64,000 nt of DNA from a virus, in IMG/VR virus record IMGVR_UViG_3300006990_000014. One strand, 5' to 3'. Shown piece after piece: positions 1 through 9,234 of the stretch. Below the pieces are notes generated by a model. It was not told the origin of the DNA and did not search any database. It saw nothing but the letters and a program-made list of their open reading frames with translations. The translations under genes were made by a program, and so were the position numbers. The first letter of the stretch is position 1. Each line of letters opens with the position of its first letter.

Positions 1-2
1 CA

Positions 3-704
3 TATGATTTTGTCGGATATTTTGATCATAATATTAAGAGTTTAGAAAATAGAATGTCTATTTTAAATAGAGATACAGCAGAATTATATATTAAAAACAT
101 AGTTGAAGGAACAAATTTTGAAAATGCCTTGTTCGAGCCTGAAGATGGGTCAATTAGAGAGAACGAAGACGTTTATGCATTAATATATGATCAAATTGCA
201 ACTTCTAATGCAGTTAAATATTGTGATTATGTAAAACAAAAAGTTTTTAATGAAAAAGATCTAAACTTAGAGAGTACGTCGTCAAAAAATATTTTATCTT
301 CTATGACAACTAACGTATATGAAAACATGTCTGATCAAGAATTCAAGAAAGTATTTTTAAAAGAAAAAGATGTTTTTGATAGTATTATAAACTTAGAAAA
401 TGGAACAATGGACTTGTTAAACAATTTAGAGGTTATTGACAGTCAGATTTATGCATATGACTTTTTAAAAATGCTTGACTACAATATGTCTATGACAGAG
501 TTTGCAAAAATATTCACAGACGATATTTATTATGATATATTTAATATAAAAATAGAAAGAAGTGAGTTAATTAGAAGAATAGACAAAGAAGTGTATGAAA
601 ATTCAGATTATAGAGAGAGTTATGATGATTTTCGTAAAAATCTATATACGAAAAAAGAGTCAAACGTTGGATATTCATTTATTATAGAGGCAAACATATT
701 ATGA
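3..704 (+). CDS. Hypothetical protein, 5'-truncated (probably virion/baseplate region)
   Basis: Frame 3 is open from position 3 (YDFVGYFDHNIKSLENR) into the track ATG at 54, so the gene probably starts upstream of the window; its stop overlaps the next ATG (ATGA at 701-704). Confidence 0.6.
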   Translation, partial: YDFVGYFDHNIKSLENRMSILNRDTAELYIKNIVEGTNFENALFEPEDGSIRENEDVYALIYDQIATSNAVKYCDYVKQKVFNEKDLNLESTSSKNILSSMTTNVYENMSDQEFKKVFLKEKDVFDSIINLENGTMDLLNNLEVIDSQIYAYDFLKMLDYNMSMTEFAKIFTDDIYYDIFNIKIERSELIRRIDKEVYENSDYRESYDDFRKNLYTKKESNVGYSFIIEANIL

Positions 705-2347
705 CAAAAGTATTTGATAATTTAATATCTATAAATTCTTCTTTGAAAAGTAGAATTAGAATAAACAGCGATGCTTTGTCGCCTAAAATAGACTTTGTAT
801 ACAATAGATATAGAAATAATGAAACATCAATAGTTGACAAAGGAATAAAAGATAGAGGGCAAATAGACTTAGTTAAAAATAGATTTGTTAGATTAAGTTT
901 TAATTTTTCTAATCTTTCTAATGAAGAATACAATTTTAATAACTTTGAAAACGATGTTTATTTATTATCACTAACTGACTATATTGATCAAGCTACTATA
1001 AAAAAGTTTAATGAAATAGACAACTTCAATGCAGAAAGAAATAATTTAACTGTGAATTTGGATGTGGACGAATCAAAGCATTCATTAAATCATTATCTAG
1101 CAAATAATATTGAATCTAAAGATTACTATGCAGGATTGCTTAAGACAAGTTATAAAGTTTCTTTTAATAAAGGGTTAAATATATCCAATTTGCTTTTACA
1201 AAAAGATTTTCCTGAATCAGACTTTTCAGAGCATATTGATTTATATGATGAATTAATTTCTTCAAATAATCTAGGAAAAATTGAAACACTAAGATCTGCA
1301 AGAGAAAATGGTATTTTGTTTCCTAATGTCGTTAAACTAAGCTCTAATATAAATACTAATCAAACACTTGAAGACTTTAGTAAAAAAAATGCTGTATTGT
1401 GTGGCCTATTAGTAAAAAAGTTTAGAAAAGAAAGTAGTTTTACTTACACATACCTGGGAGGAAAATTTTATACTTCAAAGCCTGGAGATATTAAATTAAG
1501 TATAAAAAACAAAATAGAAGACGAAAATGTTGCGTATGGTAAGACGTATCGATATGTTGTAAGTAAAGTTTATTTATATAACTGGCCAGATCCAGATAAT
1601 CATTATATAACAAACAAATTTTTAATAACTGACTTTCCTTTTATTACTAAAGATATTGACTGTATAGAAACTGAAGCGCCGCCGCCGCCACGAGAAGTTA
1701 ACTTTAAAGTGAACAATGATAAAAAAATAAGAATTTCTTGGAAGTTTCCAAAAGACTATCAAGAAGACGGTAGAGGAGTACAAGTCTTAAGAAGATATTC
1801 TATTGATGACCCATTTACAGTTATTGCGCAACTAGAAGCACATAGTGTTAATGATTTATACACGAAAAATGAAATTATCTTACAGGAAAATATTATTGCA
1901 ACGCCAAATAAACTGCCGTTTAAGTATATTGATAAAGACTATCAGCCAGGTAGAGTAACCATATATTGTCTTAGACTTATTGACGCACATGGACTAATTT
2001 CAGACTATTCTACACAAACTGCAGTAATGTTTGATCCCTTTGAAGACAAAGTAATATATGATGTAATTTCTCCAGAAGGAGCTAAAAGAGACAAGCCAAA
2101 TGAGAAAATAAAAAGTAAAACTTTGTTTTTTCAAAACGAAGTAGGCGTTGTTGATAATTTACCTTTTTTACAAAATGTCAATAAAATATCACTTTACGTG
2201 ACTCCAGAGTTTACTAAAATCTCTAGAGATAACAATCAAACAATTAATGTTTTTAAGGATGAAGCAAAGTTTAAGTTTACTATTTTAAAGCTAAATACGC
2301 TATCTAAATACGAAAAAGAATTTAATATTGCAAATTTTGACAGATAA
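701..2347 (+). CDS. Putative virion structural protein with a fibronectin-type-III-like segment
   Basis: 548-aa ORF; EAPPPPREVNFKVNNDKKIRISWKFP...GVQVLRR...YCLRLID resembles an Fn3 beta-sandwich; lies among baseplate-type genes. Confidence 0.4.
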   Translation: MTKVFDNLISINSSLKSRIRINSDALSPKIDFVYNRYRNNETSIVDKGIKDRGQIDLVKNRFVRLSFNFSNLSNEEYNFNNFENDVYLLSLTDYIDQATIKKFNEIDNFNAERNNLTVNLDVDESKHSLNHYLANNIESKDYYAGLLKTSYKVSFNKGLNISNLLLQKDFPESDFSEHIDLYDELISSNNLGKIETLRSARENGILFPNVVKLSSNINTNQTLEDFSKKNAVLCGLLVKKFRKESSFTYTYLGGKFYTSKPGDIKLSIKNKIEDENVAYGKTYRYVVSKVYLYNWPDPDNHYITNKFLITDFPFITKDIDCIETEAPPPPREVNFKVNNDKKIRISWKFPKDYQEDGRGVQVLRRYSIDDPFTVIAQLEAHSVNDLYTKNEIILQENIIATPNKLPFKYIDKDYQPGRVTIYCLRLIDAHGLISDYSTQTAVMFDPFEDKVIYDVISPEGAKRDKPNEKIKSKTLFFQNEVGVVDNLPFLQNVNKISLYVTPEFTKISRDNNQTINVFKDEAKFKFTILKLNTLSKYEKEFNIANFDR

Positions 2348-2405
2348 AATTTGTTAACGATATATAGAAATATAATAATATTTATAATAAAACTAGGAGT
2401 TATAA

Positions 2406-3155
2406 ATGGGCTTTTTAAATCATGCAACAAACAATATAATAGTTGATGCAGTCTTAACAGAAAAAGGTAGAGAACTATTAGCTAGAAATGACGGTAGTTT
2501 TAATATTACAAGTTTTAGTTTTGCTGACGATGAAGTAGACTATGAAGTATTAAAGCATTACGGATTAATTATTGGAAAAGAAAAGATTGAAAAAAACACA
2601 CCTGTTTTTGAAGCAATAACTGATCAAGATCTTGCAATTAAATATGAAAATATTTCTCTAACAAATAATACAACAGAAATATTTGCTTTCCCAAAAATTC
2701 AGTTAGAAGACAGTGCGCTAACCTATACTTTATCATCTAACTCTGAGTCTACAAATAACAAAAGTTTAGTTGTTAATGTTAAAACTTTCTTAAGTCAAGA
2801 CACAGACTTTGAGCTAACAGAGTCAGGTCTAATAGATGATACATTTTCTATAAAAGTTTTTGATGAACTCTTAGAAATAACAGGAGAAGACATAGAACCT
2901 CCTGATAATAGAAATAATGTTGCTGTGTATGAAGTTAACAGTGTTATAGAAGGTAGAAATACTACACAAGAATTTGTAGGCCAAAGATTTTTATCATTTA
3001 CTATATCAGCAATAAATAAAGTTTCTACTAGCACATATCAGTATTACGCTTCTTCAAGCAACCCTAATGAAATAAAGACCCAGATTGAAATAGAAGGTGC
3101 TTCTTCAGGAGCAACATTTATTATTCCTGTTACGATTACTAGCAACACATTATAA
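2406..3155 (+). CDS. Conserved jumbo-phage structural protein (baseplate/tail-fibre anchor region)
   Basis: N-terminus IIVDAVLTEKGRELLARNDGSFNITSFSFADDEVDY is a motif I recognise from large T4-like phages; AGGAG SD upstream. Confidence 0.55.
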   Translation: MGFLNHATNNIIVDAVLTEKGRELLARNDGSFNITSFSFADDEVDYEVLKHYGLIIGKEKIEKNTPVFEAITDQDLAIKYENISLTNNTTEIFAFPKIQLEDSALTYTLSSNSESTNNKSLVVNVKTFLSQDTDFELTESGLIDDTFSIKVFDELLEITGEDIEPPDNRNNVAVYEVNSVIEGRNTTQEFVGQRFLSFTISAINKVSTSTYQYYASSSNPNEIKTQIEIEGASSGATFIIPVTITSNTL

Positions 3156-3173
3156 AAAGAAGGACTATAGAAA

Positions 3174-4355
3174 ATGGCATTTAGAGGAAACTTTAGCAAC
3201 GAAGATATAGTTGTAAAACAATCAAAAGTAAGACAATTAGTCGACATAATACAAGCTGATATTGCATCAACTTCTAGCAGAAAAACATACGACGTATTTA
3301 CAAAGTCTGGAACACCTGATATAACGAGTTCTCTTTTTCATACTGTGTTTGATCAGAACTTTTCATTGCAAACTTCTAATGAAATGCTTGATATTACAAT
3401 TGGTGCTTATGCAAAAGCAAACGCAAATGGTTCTTTTGAGGTTTGTGATGAAACGATTCAAGTTGACAATAATGGAAAATTAAATTTTGCAGATACTTTT
3501 TTAATGGGTAGAGAAAAAGTAAATATTTATAAACAATACGCACAAGTATTATTAGGTGATTCATCTGCGTCTTTTCATAGCCCATATTCTAGTAGCGATG
3601 ATGCTTCAAGAATTGATTACCCAATTTTTATTAACATAAAAAGACTTTTTACTCGAGACGGCTTAGACAAAGACCAGTTTTCAATAAAGTTATACAATGA
3701 TACATCAGCTGCCAATAATAATGATGTAGTTGATCTTGACGTCGTCGGGTCAGACACGAATGAATTTAATCTATATACTGACAGTGACGCAAGTAGTAAT
3801 CTAAGCATTACATCAATCGGTGGTGCAATTGGAAATATTAAATCGCCTGATAGTTCAAGTAACGTCGGTTTGATCTTTTATGATAAAGGCATAGTAATAC
3901 TTGATGCAGAAAAAGTATTTAACGTGGATCAAGTATTAACAGGCGATGTAGCGACATTGTCTGGCACAGAAACGTGGGTTGAGGGTGGCGGTAATAAGAT
4001 TTTAGATTTGTGGAAAGTTGCTTCGATTGATCAAATTTTAAATCATATATGTGGTACTAGATTTGGTACGGCAGTTCAATCTGCAATGGGATTTATAAAT
4101 ACAACAAGTATTAATTCGAGTATTTATATTGCTAGAGTAGGACCTAATGATTGCAATTATTCTTCAAATCCAACATACACAGACGATGATGGGACAATTA
4201 GATGTATTCAAGACAAAGGTGACGATCCTTTTTCTTATGTAACTACAATTGGTCTATATTCAGGAAATGACTTAGTTGCTGTTGCAAAGACTTCTAGGCC
4301 TATTGAAAAAAATCCAGAAGTTGACTTATCTATTAGCGTAAGACTAGACTTTTAA
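3174..4355 (+). CDS. Putative baseplate wedge / tail-collar-fibre-like structural protein
   Basis: C-terminal YVTTIGLYSGNDLVAVAKTSRPIEKNPEVDLSISVRLDF resembles tail-collar fibre anchor domains; same motif ends the next gene. Confidence 0.5.
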   Translation: MAFRGNFSNEDIVVKQSKVRQLVDIIQADIASTSSRKTYDVFTKSGTPDITSSLFHTVFDQNFSLQTSNEMLDITIGAYAKANANGSFEVCDETIQVDNNGKLNFADTFLMGREKVNIYKQYAQVLLGDSSASFHSPYSSSDDASRIDYPIFINIKRLFTRDGLDKDQFSIKLYNDTSAANNNDVVDLDVVGSDTNEFNLYTDSDASSNLSITSIGGAIGNIKSPDSSSNVGLIFYDKGIVILDAEKVFNVDQVLTGDVATLSGTETWVEGGGNKILDLWKVASIDQILNHICGTRFGTAVQSAMGFINTTSINSSIYIARVGPNDCNYSSNPTYTDDDGTIRCIQDKGDDPFSYVTTIGLYSGNDLVAVAKTSRPIEKNPEVDLSISVRLDF

Positions 4356-4369
4356 AAGAAAGTGATATC

Positions 4370-7300
4370 ATGCCTTTAAATCTAATCAGCAACAACATGG
4401 TGACTAAAAATAAAATAGAGTTACAGCCTCAAGTAGAATACACTTTTGTTACTGATGAATCAGAAAATATTACAAATGCAATAAAAGAAGATTTAGGCGT
4501 TAACGAATCTGGAACTTTTGGTCAAGTAAACGCAAAGTCAATTGTATATAATAACAGCGACGAGAGTGGCGCGGGTGATAGATATTACAACGTAAAAGGC
4601 TCGCTGGGAGATTCTGTTCAAGTTGGACAAACCTTTTCTGAAAATGACAACTTATTTTTAGATAATTCAAAAGATTTCAAATTTGGTGTAGAAAAAGTAA
4701 AGCAGCAGTATATTGTTGAAGATAGTAATTACTTTAAGAAAAAGTCAATAAAAAATCTCTTTAATTATTATAAGAACAATATGCAGCATAGAGTAATTAA
4801 TCCTTCTTGGGGTTTTACTAATTTTAACTGTTTAAGCTTTTTTACAATTTCTAAAAAAGATACAGCTAGAAATCAGGCTGAATTTACTCGTCAATATTCT
4901 CATGCTAACGGACTGTTTTACCCAAACAGACTTGAAGATGAAAAACAAGCTTACGACTTTTTAAAAAACGACGATATGACTGTGTCTTTTTGGATTAACC
5001 CAAGACAACAAAATATAAAACTAAGTGATGAAGATATTCATTATTATAATCCAGGTTGTATATTACATATTCCTGGCTTAATAAGTGTTTATATTTTACC
5101 AGGAGATTCTCTTGATGAAGAAAACAAAACAGATAAATTTAATATATGCGTAGTAGTTGGTGTTGATACTTTTGGGAACGATTTAAGCAATCTTAGAGGT
5201 AGTAGTAGCAACGATAATTATACTACACAAGGGTCAGGTCGTCTTATCAATGATGATGAAGGTGCACACTATCAAAATAAAATATTTTTTACAAAAAAAA
5301 ATGTTTTAAATCATAATAGTTGGCATAATGTTTGTATAAGACTCAAATACTTAGGAGATCCAAGTCCGGTCACCAGCGGTCATGGACAAACCACGAGTAC
5401 ACATAAATGGAATATTTTAATTGACGTTGACAATGTTAATTTTTGCAAACAAGAATTTAGACACAAAGTTTATCAAAATTATACAAATCAGATAAATAAT
5501 AGTGATTTTGGAGTCTTTTTTAATGATGATTTTAAAAATATAGAAAAAAGTAAACTCCAGGGTTTAAGCTTAAAAAAAATTTCTAGATTAGGAAACAATA
5601 TTATATCTATAGGAAATAGAATCAACAGTTTATCTCATCAAGATCACAGCCCACCACTTATAAAGCTAGAAAGTGCTTTCAAGCTTTTATTCTCAAGAGA
5701 TAGAGATGCTGATGATGATAATTTAGGTCCTTTTATAAATAAAAACATATCTTTCGGCACAGACTTTAATAATTCAGATACACTATTAGGGGTGCCAGAA
5801 ACATTCAGTCCTAGAAATGCAGATAAATTTTATTTTTTTATGGGAACTAAAATTGTCAAGATTGGTGAACCTCAGAGAAGGAGAGGAGAGCCAACTGACT
5901 TTATAATCAATGATAACGACGGAGCTTATGAAACTGTGTCACTTGGACTTAATGCTGATTTGTATGATATAAGAATCTACAGTGAATTTGTAGAAGATAT
6001 AAATAAAAAAATAATGTTTAAAAACATTACAGACTTTACTGAAGAAAACCTTGTATTTTCTGTGCCTGTATTGTATTATGATGATTACGTTGCAAGAAGT
6101 TCAATATATAACATTAATGACTCCGGCTACACTAGTATAGCTACAAACAATGAATACACTGGTTCGGAAATCTCTACAGTTAATGCTGCGTACAGAAGCC
6201 CTGTCAATCCTTACTTTTTAAATAAATGCTTTGGTCACGAAGTAAATGTTGATGCTTTCGTAGTCGAATTTAAAAAGAAAGTTAGACCTAATGTTGTTTT
6301 TGGTCATAACTTTAATGATGACGAAAGCTTTTATAAATATGCGAGTTTTCTTTTCCATAGTAATAATAGTAGGAATGAAGACTGTAAATTAGGTAGACAA
6401 ACTCTTGACATGCTGTATTCTTCTAATGAAGAAGAAAAAATTTTAAATCATGAAATTTTAGACTTGCCAGCTTATTTTGGCTCAGGAGCTGGCAGTCCAG
6501 ATGATGATGAAATTGCTACTTCTTCTCATAGTTCAATAGCAAACTTCTACTATAAAAACAATTTTATTATGCCATGCGATAATGGTTTGCATTATATGGA
6601 TTATAGCAATTTCAAAGGATATTATGATAACTATGACGGCTTTTCACATATATTGAATGGTAGAGAAGACTTGAGTTATATAGACTTGGAAAAAGTATAT
6701 GATAATGAAATTGTAATAGAAAAACCAGAAAAATTACAGTTAATATCAGGTTTCCAAGAATTAATTAATGCTGATCAAACTTTTATTTTACCTGAAGATG
6801 AAAGAGACTTAATTACAATAGAATCTGGAAAGACTTTTAGATCTTCTTATAACAAGTTTAAAAATGCTTCTTTGAGAAACTATCACAGAATCAATTACAA
6901 CATTAATAATTCTATGACTTTGCTACTTAGATACGACAAAGCGGATGCCGACTTTTTTGTAACAACTCCACTGTCTTTCTTTAGAGATCTTTCAAATCCT
7001 GTTTCTAGAGTAATTAATAATAATATTACTAATAGTATTGATACTTTTAGTGCTCCAGTTTTTACAAAAAGTATTAATGAAAACGAATCTATTCCTTATT
7101 TTAAACTAGATGCTCCTTATTACGACTTGACAAGAAGTTTAAGTGAAATTCATTCTACTAGTTTTTGTATTTCAACACAAGTTTTTGGTAACGAAATCAA
7201 AAAAGAGTCTTTTGAAATATATGATGGTAGTTTAGGTGGAACTCTTGGGTCTGTTAAAGTTAGGCTTAAAGATAACGGAAAGGGAGGTCTTTATCGTGCT

Positions 7301-7684
7301 GACTGTAATACAAAGCATGCTGATTGGAATACAGTTGGTCATGTCTTATACAAAGAAGGCATTTGTTCTGTATTACATCCATCCTTAGAAAATTTTGGTA
7401 GAGATACATTTAAAATAACGTTTAATTCTTCTTCTAGTATTAATGTTTTTGAGCTTAATCTTCCTGCTTTCGAAGGAGAATCTAATTTTTCTAGAAATAC
7501 TTCATATAATGAAGATTTAAGGCATAATGAATCTGCGTTTAACGCAGACGAAAGTTTTGTTTATATTACAGATATAAACATACATGATGAAAATCTTAAT
7601 GTCGTTGCAAAAGCTAAATTAGCTAAGCCTTTTGCTAAAAAATCTTCAGATAATGTATTATTTAGATTAAAGTTGGATTATTGA
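4370..7684 (+). CDS. Large baseplate/fibre protein with LamG/concanavalin-A-like segment
   Basis: 1104 aa; MTVSFWINP...WHNVCIRL...ISIGNR...LYDIRIY fits a LamG-like fold; C-terminal YITDINIHDENLNVVAKAKLAKPFAKKSSDNVLFRLKLDY paralogous to 3174-4355. Confidence 0.5.
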   Translation: MPLNLISNNMVTKNKIELQPQVEYTFVTDESENITNAIKEDLGVNESGTFGQVNAKSIVYNNSDESGAGDRYYNVKGSLGDSVQVGQTFSENDNLFLDNSKDFKFGVEKVKQQYIVEDSNYFKKKSIKNLFNYYKNNMQHRVINPSWGFTNFNCLSFFTISKKDTARNQAEFTRQYSHANGLFYPNRLEDEKQAYDFLKNDDMTVSFWINPRQQNIKLSDEDIHYYNPGCILHIPGLISVYILPGDSLDEENKTDKFNICVVVGVDTFGNDLSNLRGSSSNDNYTTQGSGRLINDDEGAHYQNKIFFTKKNVLNHNSWHNVCIRLKYLGDPSPVTSGHGQTTSTHKWNILIDVDNVNFCKQEFRHKVYQNYTNQINNSDFGVFFNDDFKNIEKSKLQGLSLKKISRLGNNIISIGNRINSLSHQDHSPPLIKLESAFKLLFSRDRDADDDNLGPFINKNISFGTDFNNSDTLLGVPETFSPRNADKFYFFMGTKIVKIGEPQRRRGEPTDFIINDNDGAYETVSLGLNADLYDIRIYSEFVEDINKKIMFKNITDFTEENLVFSVPVLYYDDYVARSSIYNINDSGYTSIATNNEYTGSEISTVNAAYRSPVNPYFLNKCFGHEVNVDAFVVEFKKKVRPNVVFGHNFNDDESFYKYASFLFHSNNSRNEDCKLGRQTLDMLYSSNEEEKILNHEILDLPAYFGSGAGSPDDDEIATSSHSSIANFYYKNNFIMPCDNGLHYMDYSNFKGYYDNYDGFSHILNGREDLSYIDLEKVYDNEIVIEKPEKLQLISGFQELINADQTFILPEDERDLITIESGKTFRSSYNKFKNASLRNYHRINYNINNSMTLLLRYDKADADFFVTTPLSFFRDLSNPVSRVINNNITNSIDTFSAPVFTKSINENESIPYFKLDAPYYDLTRSLSEIHSTSFCISTQVFGNEIKKESFEIYDGSLGGTLGSVKVRLKDNGKGGLYRADCNTKHADWNTVGHVLYKEGICSVLHPSLENFGRDTFKITFNSSSSINVFELNLPAFEGESNFSRNTSYNEDLRHNESAFNADESFVYITDINIHDENLNVVAKAKLAKPFAKKSSDNVLFRLKLDY

Positions 7685-8272
7685 ATGAGTGAAGTAAGTT
7701 ATATTGGTTTAGATATCTCTACATCAATTATAGGTATATGTCTTTTAGATTCTAATAGAAGAATGATAAATTTACATAATATTAATTTAAAAAAAACAAA
7801 ATGTATATTTGAAAAGTCAAAACGTGTAAAAGATTATTTTAGTGAATTAAAAAATAACTATATTATAAACAAAGACTTAAAAATTATCATAGAAGAATCA
7901 TTTCAGTCATTTAGTAAAGGTTTTTCTTCTGCAAAGACTTTATCTCAACTTAATAGGTTTAATGGCATTGTATCATATATTGCTGCTGAAGTTTATTTAA
8001 GCACTCCTATTTACTTAAATGTTAACAGTGCCAGAAAGAACTTAGAAATAAAGTTAGATAGAAAAAGTAAAGAGTCAACTAAAGAGCAAGTATTTCAGTG
8101 GGTAAAATTGCAGGAAGATACCAGGGAATTTTCTTGGCCTGAAAAAATATTGAAAAGTGGTCCTAATAAAGGGCTTGTAAAATTTGATGAATCTTGTTAT
8201 GATATGTCTGACGCATATGTTATATGTAAGGCATTAAATTATGACACAAATACAAACATACAAAAAAATTGA
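7685..8272 (+). CDS. ruvC: RuvC-like Holliday junction resolvase
   Basis: RNase H-fold acidic residues: YIGLDISTS, IIIEE, DMSDAYVI; helix AKTLSQLNRFNGIV. Confidence 0.8.
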   Translation: MSEVSYIGLDISTSIIGICLLDSNRRMINLHNINLKKTKCIFEKSKRVKDYFSELKNNYIINKDLKIIIEESFQSFSKGFSSAKTLSQLNRFNGIVSYIAAEVYLSTPIYLNVNSARKNLEIKLDRKSKESTKEQVFQWVKLQEDTREFSWPEKILKSGPNKGLVKFDESCYDMSDAYVICKALNYDTNTNIQKN

Positions 8273-9227
8273 TTTTATTGAATCTATAGTATATAGATCT
8301 TTACTTTCAAACGATGGCAAAAACCTAAGTATATGGTGTCCTTTCTGTAAGCACGAAAACAAATCAAAGCTAAAACTTGCAATTCATCTAGAAAAAGATT
8401 TGTTTCATTGTTGGTTGTGCGGTAAAAAAGGAAGTGACATATCTTACTTAATAAACAAGATTAATCCATCAAAACAAAAAGAAGCACTTGCTTTATTCCC
8501 GAAAAAGCATAAAAAATCATTTGATTTAAATATTAACTTATTTAATGAAGAAATATTTGAAATCGAAGAAGAACAAGTAAACATACCAAATGGTTTTAGT
8601 TTGCTTGTGAACGCTTTCAGCTCGAACAATCCAGACACCTTAAAAGTTTTCAAATATGCAGTCAAAAGAGGGGTCGATAAACATAAAATGTGGATGCTTA
8701 GACTGGGCTATTCTAGTGATCCAGAGTTTCGTCGAAGCTTAATAATACCTTCATTAGACAAAAAAGGTGATTTAAATTTTTATACTTCACGAAATATCGA
8801 TGTTGATTCTAATAGTCCTATAAAATATAAAAATGCAAATGTTTCTAAAAAGAATGTTATTTTTAACGAAATAAACATTGATTGGAACATACCTTTAACT
8901 CTTGTAGAAGGGCCTCTTGACTTGTTAAAAACAAATGATAATGCAACTTGTTTGCTAGGATCTTCATTGACAGAAGATATGCTTTTATTTCAAGAAATTG
9001 TAAAAAACAAAACAGAAATAAATCTTGCGCTTGATAGTGACGTATACCATAAATCTTTAAAAATTGCAAAGCTTTTGACAGCTTATGATGTAAAAGTTAA
9101 TATACTTGACACAAGAATTGCAGACGATGTTGGTGATATGTCAAAGTCTCAATTTAATCAATGCTTAACAGACTCAAAAGAGTTTAAACAAAACGATTCT
9201 CTACTTGCAAAAATATCACAACTTTAA
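8241..9227 (+). CDS. dnaG: DNA primase (zinc ribbon + TOPRIM)
   Basis: CPFC...HCWLCG zinc-binding domain; TOPRIM motifs LVEGPLDLL, ALDSD, DVGDM. Confidence 0.85.
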   Translation: MTQIQTYKKIDFIESIVYRSLLSNDGKNLSIWCPFCKHENKSKLKLAIHLEKDLFHCWLCGKKGSDISYLINKINPSKQKEALALFPKKHKKSFDLNINLFNEEIFEIEEEQVNIPNGFSLLVNAFSSNNPDTLKVFKYAVKRGVDKHKMWMLRLGYSSDPEFRRSLIIPSLDKKGDLNFYTSRNIDVDSNSPIKYKNANVSKKNVIFNEINIDWNIPLTLVEGPLDLLKTNDNATCLLGSSLTEDMLLFQEIVKNKTEINLALDSDVYHKSLKIAKLLTAYDVKVNILDTRIADDVGDMSKSQFNQCLTDSKEFKQNDSLLAKISQL

Positions 9228-9234
9228 GGAAAAC

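Noticed and set aside
9205-9234. Track start (TTG 9205) for the Mre11-Rad50 gene, and similar extended starts at 16671, 18108, 28803, 30621, 32227
   Set aside because: Downstream ATGs have SD sites or stop-start coupling and match the conserved N-termini better
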